From contig OX597837.1 in assembly GCA_951406725.2 (NCBI GenBank), positions 496,001 through 560,000 on the forward strand: 64,000 nt of DNA. Reading direction: 5' to 3'. The DNA comes from Octopus vulgaris. Its lineage: Eukaryota. The position numbers and the translations under genes are program-made. Positions within the stretch are counted from its first letter, which is position 1, and each line of letters begins with the position of its first letter. Positions 1-12,711 of the stretch are shown here, piece after piece. The notes under the pieces were generated by a model that was given only the letters and a program-made list of their open reading frames with translations, made no database searches and was not told the DNA's origin.

Positions 1-294
1 TTATCAAATATAGATATCTTTTTTTTGATATTGGTAATCAGGTTTTGAAACACTGAAAGGGGTGGATCACTGGATCGCATATATATATACGTAAGCTTCC
101 TATTCAGTTTATCCTGTATCCATGGCATGAAACTATTTGTAGTTATTTATTAAATACTGTATACATTAAATGACAAATATAATACTTGTTTTGAAGTTCA
201 GTTATAACAAAAGCATTTTAACGTTAATTTGAAGTGGCACTCTATACTATTGTAGAGAATAAATTTATTATTTTAAAACCAGAATGCTAGTGAG

Positions 295-367
295 AGTGAC
301 TTCGAAATTGCGGGCAGCTAAACTATCGTCGGACGACGTGTTAGCTGCCCGAAACTTCACAGTCACT
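295..367. other. Imperfect 73-nt hairpin, pre-miRNA-like
   Basis: agtgact 295-301 pairs with agtcact 361-367; cgggcagctaa 311-321 pairs with ttagctgcccg 341-351; the intervening bases mostly pair; tcgt/acga closes the loop. Confidence 0.35.
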
Positions 368-1302
368 ATCAAATAATATGCTTGTTTAAGAATAATACAT
401 ATACACATACATATCTACACACACACACACGCACACATACACACATATATATATTTAATCAGGCATATATCCATAAATTCATACGATATATCAATATATT
501 GGAAACCGGCATTTTCTCAAAAATATAACTATAGATTATATTTTTAAAAGTATTTCGTTCAGGTTTTCTCATACTTTACTAACCCATTGCTAAACACACA
601 TACCCCCCCCCCCCCGCACAAAAACGCACACGCGCGCTCGCGCACACACACACACTTGGGCAGGGATCTTCAGTGAATCAACAACAGGTGGTCCATGAAG
701 AATTGTGGCGACGATCGTCTAAGACAATTGAAATGTCTTCAGTCTACATTTCTACGTTTTTCTCCAAAATCTCATTTCTTTGTTACATTTATTTTTCCCA
801 AAATAAACAAACACTGAGAAACACTCTTCACTATTATGACAATATAAAACAATATATATATACAAGAAGATAACGCAAAATATATCAATAAAAAATGACA
901 ACCAACGCATCTCTGAAATGAAACAAAGCCTATGTTTAAGGTGGAGGAGAGGAGGGTGCCATTACAAATATCCACTTATTTATTTATTTATTTATTCATT
1001 TATTTATATCAAGTGTTTATATTTTAATGTAACATTGCTATCTGAAGCACACCTCCACCTCTTCATGACACCCCCTACCTGTAGCAAAAATTAGTTCCCT
1101 CCTGCAGTTCTCTATACAACCGAACACCAATGTCTCTCAAATCTCGTATTTCCTATTATCGCATTCAACGTTCAAGTAGATACAGTTAGGCATAAGGTAG
1201 GAACACCCCACGCGCTACATATATGCACACGTACGTATGTATGCATGCATGTGTGCATGTATGTATGCTTGTATATATATATCTATTGTATATATATATC
1301 TA

Positions 1303-1398
<96 letters not shown>

Positions 1399-1707
1399 CA
1401 TATGTGCATACACATAAATGTAAAAATGATGCAGGTTTGCATATGCACATATGTATGTATTCATACAGGCATATTTATAAACCATTACAGCTACAGCTAA
1501 AAGTGCGCATATCTATCTATCTGCCTGTCTGTCTGTCTGTCTTTGTCTATTTATCAACCTACCAATATATAGTTATGTATTTATATAGCTATTTACATTA
1601 ACGATCATTTTCTCCCACCCACACTTCAGTCTAATTCTGTGTTCATCTCTCTACGCCTCTTTCAATCTCTCTCTCAAATATGTACGTACGTGTGTATGGT
1701 TGTTTGC

Positions 1708-1756
<49 letters not shown>

Positions 1757-1758
1757 TA

Positions 1759-1959
1759 CAGGGTGGCTCAAAAGTAGGTTTACAGTTATTCAACTATCTC
1801 TTTCGGATTCATTTATTAAGTTTAGATCTTAATTATAAAAAAATATGAAACCATTATGCTAATTTAGTTAATTATAAGATAGATATTTAAATGTAATAAA
1901 ATGCTTTAAAAGAAATTTAAATGCCTACGTGATAACTATAGACCTACTTTTAGGCCATC

Positions 1960-1962
<3 letters not shown>
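1759..1962. mobile_element. Tc1/mariner-type MITE (~204 bp)
   Basis: Imperfect ~31-bp TIRs (cagggtggctcaaaagtaggtttacagttat / ataactatagacctacttttaggccatcctg) with TA on both sides; no ORF. Confidence 0.8.
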
Positions 1963-1997
<35 letters not shown>

Positions 1998-2267
1998 AGA
2001 GACAGAGAGAGACAGAGAGAGACAGAGAGAGAGAGAGACAGATGCATGAATGTATAATCAAACATACGATCAAATATATTTAAATATCATGAAATCATAT
2101 ACATATATACTCAAAAACTTGATATCATATCTATATCCCTATATATACACACATATGTGTGTATATATAACGGGAAGCTTTATGAAAATAGACAAAAGAC
2201 GAAGGCAGGTGGAATACAAACAAACAATTGTATTAGTATGGCGCTCAGGAAATATAAATAAAACAAG

Positions 2268-2304
2268 TTTTTAACGTTTCGAGCCTACGCTCTTCAACAG
2301 AAAG
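2268..2304 (-). ncRNA. Minimal type I HHR-like motif, core CUGUUGA (A6U)
   Basis: Minus strand: cttt CTGTTGA a GAGC gtag GCTC GAAA CGTT aaa; palindromic ACGT stem III. Confidence 0.55.
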
Positions 2305-2564
2305 ATACACAGAGAAGAAACACAGAAAGGAGGAGAGAAAAAAATGCGTGCAGAGGCTAGCGAATCAACATGGCGATCTGATTTCGGCCAGAAGTCAAAG
2401 ATCAAACGTGAGACGCAAGAGCGAAATTAGGGGAGATAATAGGCTTAAATGACCTCGCTCCAACATAAGAGTGTGTGTGTGTGTATGAGAGTATTAGTGC
2501 GTATGAGAGGTGTGAACGTGTGTATGTATATATGATGTGAAGTGTAAAGTCGTATGGTGTAGTG

Positions 2565-3000
2565 TAGAGAGAGGAGATGAGGGAAGAGGGGGGAGGTAAG
2601 GGGGAGAGATGAGGGGAGAGAGGGGAGGGTGAGGGTGAGGGGGGAGAAAGAAAGGGGAGAAGAGGGGAGAAGGAAAGGGGAGAAGAGGAGGGGGAAGGGA
2701 GGGGGGGAGAAGGAAGGAGAGGTGAAGAGGAGGGGAGAGAAGGGGGGAAGGAAGGAGAGGAGAATAGGAGGGGAGAGGAGGAGGGAGGAGAGAGGGTGAG
2801 GAGGAGAGAGAGAGAGAAGGGGAGTGAGGGAGCAGAGAGAAAGAGGGAAGGGGAAGAGGGAAGAAGGAGGGAGGGAGAAAGAGGGAAGAGGAGTAGGGGT
2901 GAAAGGATGAAGGACTGAAGAGAAGTAGGGGTCGGGGGGGAGGTTAGATGAGGAGGGGGGAGAGTTGAGACCAAATGGCGTATAAGAGGGAAGAGAGAAG
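2565..3000. repeat. Polypurine G/A-rich low-complexity tract inside the PLE fragment
   Basis: Almost exclusively G and A on the + strand, with many G runs. Confidence 0.9.
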
Positions 3001-3294
3001 ATTAATTCCTGTTCACGGCGCAAACGGGAATCCGGATGGCCTCTGTGCAAGGACAAACCGAACACAGACAGGTGTTGCAAGGAGTGACCGGTGGAGCGGA
3101 AATGGCGTGAGACCCGTGTGACCTACATATATATATATATCATATATATATAATATATGTATGTATACGTATATATATATGCACATCACACCTTGCATGT
3201 AAAGTTTATAATTTATCTTGTTACGCTGCTATTATACATACTTACATACAAACATATGTACACATATATATATATATATGTATATATATATGTC

Positions 3295-3333
<39 letters not shown>

Positions 3334-3445
3334 TCGTTTTGTAAGATTCTTGATATATATATATATTGTAGTTTCTCCTTTAAAACTAATTATATATGTG
3401 TGTATATATATGTATATATATATATATATATATATACATACATAC

Positions 3446-3483
<38 letters not shown>

Positions 3484-3620
3484 ATGCATGCATGTACATC
3501 ATTTCTTGCACGTAAAGTTTACAGTTTATCTTGTTACGCTGGTATTATACATAACTTAACGTGCGTGTAAACATATATGTATAGATGTAAGTATCTATAC
3601 ATACATACACACATACATAT

Positions 3621-3828
3621 AATGTTATATTTCGGAATGGTCATTTTTCTCCAAATAAACACATCCACTCTATATTCGATCTTCATCCCACCTTTTTTCT
3701 ATTCACCTCATGTCCATTGTTCGAAAATCTTTCGTCTCACATCTTTGACCTCTTCAGTGGACCCTTCCGTCCACGTTTGCCCTCCTGTTCCATTTAAGAT
3801 TCTAAGATTCCCCCCACCATCTCCCCCC

Positions 3829-3830
<2 letters not shown>
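3621..3830 (-). mobile_element. Short PLE-like remnant with degenerate HHR (3712-3762); same family as 41500-41917
   Basis: Minus strand: gtcca CTGAAGA g GTC...GAC GAAA...tggac, followed about 70 nt later by atgaccattccgaaatataaca, which also occurs at 41893-41914. Confidence 0.5.
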
Positions 3831-3863
<33 letters not shown>

Positions 3864-3864
3864 A

Positions 3865-4035
3865 AATAAAATACAAAATGGTACAAAACGCAAAACATCC
3901 GGACAACTAGGTGATACAAAAAGGGACAACGAAACATCTAGATAGACGATACAAAAAAACAAGGACGAGTCATTCGAAGCCTTTTATCCTCAGTCAAGAA
4001 CCGGATAATCCTCGCAATTTCGGCTGTTTTCGTCC
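3865..4035 (-). mobile_element. Non-coding interspersed repeat; same family as 57610-57890
   Basis: Shared blocks in opposite orientation (gatacaaaa/gggacaacgaaac, cattcg, cctcagtc, gcaatttcggctg); begins at a TA repeat. Confidence 0.6.
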
Positions 4036-4618
4036 ATTTATAAACTCACTACAATGTCTTCGAGAGATTGTTGTCTGTATATGTAAGCGTTACTACTTGT
4101 AGGCTAACTTTTAGTTATGTTTATGAATGAATCTCACGAAGAAGGAGTGCGGATCGAACCTAGGGATGCAAGCGAATATCGAACTTCTTCCTTCATGGTT
4201 TCGGATCAAACCACTTAACTCCCCACCCACGCACTCACGTATGTGTGTGTACCTGCATGTATGCTTGTTTCTCCTTGAGTATATGTGTGAGTGGTATATG
4301 TTTGTGCAGCTCTCGTGTGCGTGCGTCTATTTCTCAAGTGTTCTGTTCGGACCCTTACTGTTTCAGCCCAATTCCTTATCACTCTCTTTCTCTTTCTCTC
4401 TCTCTCTTCCCCATCTAACTATGTTATTTATGTTTGTATGTAAGATCTGTATCTCTCTCCTTTCTATCAATACCTATAAATGCACATATGTATGTATGTA
4501 TGTATGCATGTATCTATCTATTTATCTACCAATCTATCTCTAACCTATATCTACATGATGTTAAACAAAACCACTCGCGCACACATGCACAAACACTAAC
4601 ACACATACACACACATGT

Positions 4619-4652
<34 letters not shown>

Positions 4653-4673
4653 GCATGTATATATATGTGTACG

Positions 4674-4712
<39 letters not shown>

Positions 4713-4848
4713 AAATACATGTATATATATACATATATACCAGCATCCACATATATACACGTATGCATATATATATGTATATATAAATATACATAAATAT
4801 ATAGTTATGCATACATATTATACATACATACATACATACATACATACA

Positions 4849-4884
<36 letters not shown>

Positions 4885-5305
4885 TGTGTGTAAGTATGTA
4901 TGTATGCCCGCCCACTCACTACTTTTTCCAGCTCCTATCAATAGAATTTCCATCGGAATTCTCTCATTACTATTATTATTGTTCTGCAAATATAGCCTCG
5001 ACATTGATCAATATCGATCTGCAGGATACTTTTCGACTCGTATCGATTCGCTATTGATCTGTGTTTAATCTATACTAATCATTCACATTCAACCTACCGA
5101 TCACTGCACTCCTGCGGAGTAGAGCATCTCCCGGTGAACTTTTGAGTATTTTCCGTTTCTGTGCACGCACACACACACCCACACACGTACGCACACACTC
5201 ACCCACACACGTACGCACACATCCACTCACACTTATGTATATATTGCTTATCATAATTGTAATCATACGTGTGTGTGTATGTAGTCACAAGTATACAGAT
5301 ATTAC

Positions 5306-5392
<87 letters not shown>

Positions 5393-5770
5393 CATATATA
5401 TACATGTATGTATATCTATATATGTATATGTACACATACATATAATGTATGTAAATATAGATATATGTGTACCTTTATGCATGGATATATGTATAAAGTA
5501 AAATGTTTATATGCCTATATATATATATATATATGTTGTATATATATTATATATATATTTATATATATATTATATATATATTTATATATATATCATATAT
5601 ATATATTACATATTATACACACACACACACCTATATTATACACACACACACAAACACACGCACACACACAAACACACACACATATATATATGTATATTTA
5701 AAGAATTATTGTAATAATAACACTAATGGGAGAGAATATTTTAGTGAGAGAGATCCATATAAATCACGTG

Positions 5771-5859
<89 letters not shown>

Positions 5860-6517
5860 TCATAGCAGCGTAGGGAGAACGGCGTGATATCAGTTCGGTG
5901 CTCGACTGTAGGTCATTTTATTAATGTTCGTATTTTTGCAGTCTTGCGTTTGTCGCGTTTCCCATATTTAAATATGAACAATGATAAATTCTACATATCT
6001 ATATGCATAGATGTATGCATGTATGCCATTCAAACACACACACACACACAAACACACACAAGCGCGCCCGATGCACAGGCACGCTTATATACCGCCGTTG
6101 TCGTCGGCAGTCCATCTTCAACGTTGACTATTCTGTTCAGACTTCTTTGAGAAAAACACCTGGGACGGTGAGTAAGGCAGTTAGTGTCGTCCCTCCTGCC
6201 TCTTGACTGCTAGCGTGACCCCCACATCAATTAGCAAGTAGCTTACCGGAGCACAACGAGCATAGTCGACGACAGGGCTGACCCGCGCTACCAGCTCATT
6301 TGCTAATGGCCGCAACAACTTTCAAGACATAGGTCTTAGACTCCTCCATCTTGTTGGTTATACAACGTCCTGATGCTGAATTCTTCACTGTATCCCTAAT
6401 GCAAAGGGACTACTCGCACTTACCCAAATATGTCACCAAACTCTGCTGATAAAAGGGCCGACTTACTCTCCCTTCTATGGGCAACCAGTAAAGTGACTGC
6501 CCTGCCGTATTGCACTG

Positions 6518-6605
<88 letters not shown>

Positions 6606-6790
6606 GTATGTATAGTTTTTCAATGTGTACATATAGCAAGGACGAGAAAATAATTAGTTACCAAGGAAGCAAAAATTCACATAAGTGCCAAGGATATTAC
6701 GTCCTACTAATAAAAGTAGAAATCCCAGGGTTAAGTGAAATATTTTTGAATAATATGGATAAATTAAGAAATGGAGTCGAACGCAGCTGC

Positions 6791-7065
6791 ATTTGTATAT
6801 AAATATGTGTGTTTGTGTGTCTGTCTGTGTCTCTGTGTGTGCGATTCCGTACAGAGAAAGAAACAGACAGACAGATTGGTAGACATACACATGATAGATA
6901 AATACTTACATATATACATACGTATTTATATATATATATACATACACATTTATACATATATGTATGTAGGCAGGTCTGAGTACACATGGATGCGTATGTA
7001 TATATATCTATGTAAATATATATACATACATATATACATATATATATGCATGCATATAGATACAA

Positions 7066-7128
<63 letters not shown>

Positions 7129-7198
7129 GTGTGTATATATATATGCATATATATATATATTATGTGTGTATATATATATATGCATGTATCTATATGCA

Positions 7199-7246
<48 letters not shown>

Positions 7247-7466
7247 CATACGCATCCATGTGTACTCAGACCTGCCTACATACATATATGTATGAATGTG
7301 TATGTATATATATATATATATATATGTATAAATACGTATGTATATATGTAAGTATTTATCTATCATGTGTATGTCTACCAATCTGTCTGTCTGTTTCTTT
7401 CTCTGTACGGAATCGCACACACAGAGACACAGACAGACACACAAACACACATATTTATATACAAAT
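6791..7466. repeat. Large inverted repeat with ~215-bp arms around a TA-rich spacer
   Basis: 6791-~7004 is the reverse complement of ~7239-7466, including the unique words gcgattccgtacagagaaagaaac and gtaggcaggtctgagtacacatggatgcg. Confidence 0.9.
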
Positions 7467-8419
7467 CCACATATACACACCCTTGCGCGCCCCCGCGTGT
7501 ATACAGTTAGTGATGTAGTGCTGTTATGCGTGAGTGACTCTAAAATCTAAAATACGAAAATAATGAACAATATTTCAGTTATTTAGTCTTTGGTTCCGTC
7601 ATATTCTGAAACCCAAGTGGCATCCGATTTATCACCAGTGCGGTTGATGTATCATATTTCTTTTCTATCCGGTCCTCCTGCATCTGAGGTCTCTCTGGAA
7701 TATCTGATGCCAAGCGTTCCTGAGGCAGCCACTGCCTCCCATGCTTCTTCTTTCGGTGAATGTATTGTAATAATCTTTGCATTCCAGACAGAAACAAAAT
7801 GTGGTTTGTCAAGCGTTATCAACGAAGTAAGACGATGTTTTGTCATTTTAAAAAGGGTTTCGTTATAGTTAAACCTATGTCTCCCGGTGACTCTGAAGAC
7901 CTTTTCTCTGGACATCATGTTTTGAATGTATCTATCTTAATCATTATCGCTGAAATCTTCCATTTCCCCTTTCGCATGCATAAACGGACGCACAAACTAG
8001 TGCACTATAAAATGCAGTAAATTTTGCCAACGGCCTTCTATGCCCAAAGCATAAACGTTACAAACATGTTTACTGGAAACCTTGTTACTGGTTTGTGAAT
8101 GGTTACTTCCCTTTAAGGACTCTTTAGTTAATAATGCTTATTTACTGGGGGTTTTGGGGTGATTTGTGTCCTTAGTGAGTTGATTGAGGTTCGTGATTTA
8201 GATACGATGTTGTGCATATATTTACTGTTGGGAGACACCAAATAGTTACTGTGATACTTTGCGGATACATTGCCTGTTCTGAAATAATAAATGTGTAATT
8301 TGCTGTATATAGTAAATATCTGTTTCTATGTGTGTATAAATATATAATTCTTACTAGAGATGCATGAAGCAGCATCGAATAAAATATATTCTTGTAAAAT
8401 CATATTTAATAAATTCGTA

Positions 8420-8623
8420 CGCATTCGAAGTAGAAAGACCTTTCGTTACGGAGATAGTCTCAGAAGAAAATTCTCCTCACTGGGAATTTGTGTGAAAACG
8501 CATTGGGCTATGAATGGCGTCATCCGGTTGAAGAACGCATGCGTTTCTGCGTCGCTACAGAGACCAGATCTGAATGTTTGCGATCTGGGTGTCTTTCGGG
8601 GAAGACATCCAGATGCCAATTAG
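8420..8623 (+). pseudogene. Possible Tc1/mariner transposase remnant
   Basis: Translates ...QRPDLNVCDLGVFRG, resembling the SPDLNxxDLGFF motif around the third catalytic Asp; no other motif recognised. Confidence 0.35.
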
Positions 8624-9245
8624 TAACATCAGATCGGGTGAGGGAATAATGCTTATAACTCAAGTAATCCGAAGCAGGATTTGAACTCAGAAAACAAACA
8701 ACCAGAATACTGCACACATCCTGTTCAACGCTCTAACGAATCCGCTAGTCTATCGCACTTGACATCTGCTTCATTTATTCCCCCCCCCCACCAGGTAGCT
8801 GAAAGGCAAATTGCTTGTGGCGGGATTTGAAATCAGAACGTCAGGAACCGGAGTAAATTTAACAAGGTGCTTTGTCCGGCGCCATTCAAATTCAGGCAAA
8901 ACTGTACGGTGGAGGTTAAGTATTACAGTATTGAGGGAAAGCTGGTTGCTATGGTTAGCCGTCCGAATAATTAATAAGATTTTTAAAGGTATTGATCTAT
9001 GTCAGTTCAACCTTATCGACCACAGCTGTCCTGGTACGTCTGAAGAGGTCAAATGTTCGATTCTCACTCTTTCACTAAATTAAAAAAATATAAGACAATC
9101 AAGCAACAATAAAAATAAAGAAAAATTAAAAGAAAATCAATAATTTCTATTTTTATTTTACCGCCAAGTTCAATCCCGTCGAAAATTTATTTTCATGGAA
9201 TTTTGAGCAATTTTAAGTAAAAAAATAAATACTTTTTTACTTATG

Positions 9246-9477
9246 CTTTTATTCTTTTATTTGTTTCATTCATTTGACTGCGGCCATGCTGGAGCACCGC
9301 CTTTAGTCGAACAAATCGACCCCAGGACTTATTCTTTGTAAGCCTAGTACATATTCTATTGGTCTCTTTTGCCGAACCACTAGTTACGGGGACGTAGAAA
9401 CGCCACCATCGGTTGTCAAGCGATATTGGGGGGACAAACACAGACGCACAAGCACACATACACATGCATATATACAT

Positions 9478-9529
<52 letters not shown>

Positions 9530-9540
9530 ACACACATATA

Positions 9541-9588
<48 letters not shown>

Positions 9589-9750
9589 ACGGGTTTCTTT
9601 CAGTTTCCGTCTTCCAAATGCATTCACAAGGCTTTGGTCGGACCGAAGCTATAGTAGAAGACACTTACCCAATGTGCCACGCAGTAGGGCTGAACCTAGA
9701 ACCATGTGGCTGGTAAGCAAGCTACTTATCACATAGCCACTCCTGTCCCT
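9246..9750 (-). mobile_element. tRNA-derived SINE family A (Octopus-type), full length with internal microsatellite
   Basis: Minus-strand head gtggctatgtgataagtagc...ggttcagccc (A/B-box-like), CORE-like gggtaagtgtcttc, and tail ggcggtgctccagcatggccgcagtc; several copies in the window. Confidence 0.85.
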
Positions 9751-9792
9751 ATGTTAAACATATATTTTTCACAATTATGATGTCGAATTTTA

Positions 9793-9832
<40 letters not shown>

Positions 9833-10329
9833 ATACTACTACTACTACTGCTATTGCTGCTGCTGATGCTGCTGATGCTTACTAATCTGTCTTTTCATTT
9901 CGTGTTGCACGCTAAGCATTATTTGTTAAATGCCAAAAGAAGAGAGAGCGAACGTTAAAATGGTGTCCGACTCCTGCAACACACTGTTTAAACTATTTTG
10001 GCTTCAGATCAGTCAAGTCTGTCTCTCATAACAAACTGTTGTTGTCAGCTCTTTGCAGCTGTACACTGTGATTCTTTTATATGGATACATTAACTCTTCC
10101 CACACAGATTAGTAGAAAGCCAGCAAGGATGGCAGTGCCAAATGTAAGACAGTGCCAAAATTACATACATATATATACACACGCATACACACACATACAT
10201 ATATACATATACGTAGATTTGAGTATGCATGTATGTAAATACAAACATAAAGAGATATATACATACAAGAGGTATATACATATATACATAAACATAAAAG
10301 CATACAAATAGAAAGGCACACGCACGCAC

Positions 10330-10525
10330 AAGCACACAAACATATTTTCTCTCCATTTTTTTTCTTCTCTTCATCTGTCTTCTCTCCTCATTTTTTTTTC
10401 TGTAGAAGAGCTTCGGCTTGAAATGTCAAAGACTTCTTCCAATTTTCCTGAGCGTTAAACTAATACACCTCGTTTGTTGTGCCTTGACAAATCTATTTCG
10501 TTTGCTTTTTGTACAGCTTTGAACC
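10330..10525 (+). mobile_element. PLE pLTR remnant with decayed HHR (10396-10432)
   Basis: ttt CTGTAGA a GAGC ttcg GCTT GAAA TGTC aaag; downstream cctgagcgttaaactaatac is shared with 12120-12332 and, in part, 2171-2380. Confidence 0.65.
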
Positions 10526-10564
10526 ACACACAGACACACACACACATATACACGCGCGCGCGCA

Positions 10565-10780
10565 TCTGTAAATAATGATATTTGTTAGCTTAAAGCTTAA
10601 AAGCAATCACCGTGTATTGCTTAAAGAAAAAAGTCTAGAATTGGGGAATAAGAAACCCGCGACTGAAAACAAGTGGGTTTCTCTGTCGAGGGCTTATATG
10701 GCCCCAATGCTAAACTATTTTTAGTAAATGCACGATGATCGCTTATAAGTTTTAAGCTTACAAATATTATTAATTACAGA
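10565..10780. repeat. Old, diverged fold-back with ~80-bp arms
   Basis: 10565-10646 aligns with the reverse complement of 10702-10780 with scattered mismatches. Confidence 0.75.
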
Positions 10781-11013
10781 ATTGCCACTCGCCACCGCTT
10801 CCCCATTTATCGCATATATATATATATATATATAAGTAGATGAATTAATTATCCTATGTTTATCGTCAGCATGGAAAATTCGTTTAACCGAAACCTGGGT
10901 AGCAAATTCACGTCAGAAAACACGGTTGAAGCGACCTGTCAAGGGTAGAAACTCCGGGTTCATGTGTAGAAATTTGTGTGTTGTATATGAATAAATGAAA
11001 GAATGGAGTCGAA

Positions 11014-11375
11014 AGGTATTACAATCCAGATACAGTTTTTGTGGCCTTTGAATTGTTCTTAATGTTGTTTGTGATAGTAAGGGAAAAATTTCTGGGTTGG
11101 AAATTTGGGGTTGCATGGCGCTTACCTCCCCTAGTCCGTAAAGAATTTATTTTATGTACAGGGTTGCTGGCACTATTAGAATTGAAATCATTATTCCTAT
11201 TACGGGTATCTTTACTATCTGGAGAAGCAGATGTTGGTTTAGAATGAGCTGGGTCGATGTATGACACTTTCTCCTTATAACCGGCTCTTGTCAAGGCGGC
11301 GTTATAGAAGTCTGCCTTTTGGTTAAAGATGTCGATATTAGCAGATAATTTGGACAGTCTCAGATAATTTGGACA
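11014..11375 (-). pseudogene. Penelope-like RT thumb/linker fragment
   Basis: RLSKLSANIDIFNQKADFYNAALTRAGYKEKVSY matches the PLE post-RT pattern RLSxLSxxxxxF......Y..AL...GY. Confidence 0.6.
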
Positions 11376-11429
11376 TGTAGGCAATCATCGAAATTTTTGT
11401 TTGTCTTGTTGCAGAGAGAGGCTACCTTT

Positions 11430-11511
11430 CTTTCCTGATGAGAAGATTGCATAATGCACCCTTTATTCCTTTGGAATGAAAATATGCTGTCTTCAAAACA
11501 TGTGTCGAGAG
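11430..11511 (+). ncRNA. Type I HHR with long stem II; G12 mutated to A
   Basis: ctttc CTGATGA GAAGA..GCAT...ATGC..TCTTC aAAA CA tg TG TC gagag; all three stems pair; GUC triplet. Confidence 0.6.
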
Positions 11512-11899
11512 TAAAGGAATTTTGTTAACATCTTCGTTCGACTCCATTCTTTCATTTATATATATATATATATAGCCATCTATGTATCATTCTTAATGTA
11601 AATACATTGTAGAAATTTCGTTCAGAGATAATATAACGTATAGACCGCAGCTGGGACAATTTTCCTTTCTCTCTGATATATATTATGCTTCTCGATACTA
11701 CCACAGTAAATTTGCCTTTCAACGATCTATTTATATTTATTTAGATACAAAGATGAGCATTTTAAAAATTTAATACAGGTTGTATTGTATATAATTGAGA
11801 CACATTCTTACATACACACACACACACACATACACACATGCGCGCGCGCCTTTCATATTCACGTTTGCTTTTATGCTAAGTTATAAAAAAACAATTTAA

Positions 11900-12045
11900 T
11901 AGGTGCAGGCGTGCCTGTGTGGCAAGAAATTTGCTTCTCATCTCCTTCTTTACAGGTTCAGTTTCACTGCGAGATACGTAGGTCAAGTGTCTTGTGCTAT
12001 AGCCTCGGGTCGACCAAAACCCTGTGAATGGATTTGGGGGTGTGT
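11900..12045 (+). mobile_element. SINE family A head fragment
   Basis: ggtgcaggcgtgcctgtgtggcaagaa...ggttcagtttcactgcg...caagtgtcttgtgctatagcctcggg. Confidence 0.7.
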
Positions 12046-12053
12046 ATATATAT

Positions 12054-12085
<32 letters not shown>

Positions 12086-12119
12086 TTACTTGGTTATCTT
12101 CCCTACTTCTTCGCTCTCC

Positions 12120-12331
12120 TGTGTGGCTCTTCTGTCCGGCAGTCGCCATGATAGATCGGTAGCCACTACACACACTTCTTTTCTCTCCTTGTTTGTTTCT
12201 GTGTCCCTTTCTGTAGAAGAGCGTAGTCTCTAAACGTAAAAGACTTTTTCAATTCCTGAGCGTTATACTAATACATCTGTTTGTTTTGTACACCACCTGT
12301 CTTCATCTTTTGTTTTTTTCGTAAACTCTCG

Positions 12332-12332
<1 letters not shown>
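12120..12332 (+). mobile_element. PLE pLTR remnant with decayed HHR (12207-12242)
   Basis: cttt CTGTAGA a GAGC gtag tCTC tAAA CGTA aaag; homologous to 2171-2380; 3' end abuts (TA)n. Confidence 0.7.
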
Positions 12333-12403
<71 letters not shown>

Positions 12404-12647
12404 GGAACAAATTTTAAAATAGGATAAAATCTCAATAAGAAATTATCAGGTAGTTAGCGTGAAAAACCTCATAAGAGAAAAAATCTGTAAATTTTTTCAC
12501 TTGAAAATATCTATTTATATTATATAGAGGGCATTATTACACATAGATGCCACACGCTAGGAAGGACTTTTAAAGTCATAACTACCAAAAATAAACAAAT
12601 CGTACCGAATGCAATTCTGGAAGCGAGACATTTAAAAACAGAATTTA

Positions 12648-12711
12648 GTTCCAGATCACCTGTGATTTCGCAATTAACGTATTATCTACGTCTTTTGCTC
12701 TTCAGTGAAAC
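12648..12711 (-). ncRNA. Type I hammerhead ribozyme, canonical core
   Basis: gtttca CTGAAGA GCAA..ACGTA...TACGT..TTGC GAAA TCAC ag GTGA TC tggaac; AUC triplet. Confidence 0.85.

Larger units (their letters stand above)
2171..3123 (-). mobile_element. Penelope-like element 3' fragment: GIY-YIG endonuclease C-terminus plus pLTR with HHR
   Basis: Minus strand reads VSRHFRSTGHSLQHLSVFGLSLHRGHPDSRLRREQELIFSL...PFGLN, typical of the PLE GIY-YIG C-terminus. A pyrimidine tract and a minimal HHR motif follow; both ends abut TA repeats. Confidence 0.7.

Noticed and set aside
2402-2974. Pro/Ser/Leu-rich 190-aa ORF
   Set aside because: Translation of a polypyrimidine tract within the PLE remnant
7560-8060. 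Coding-looking segment with several short ORFs
   Set aside because: No motif I can assign; may be a decayed transposon
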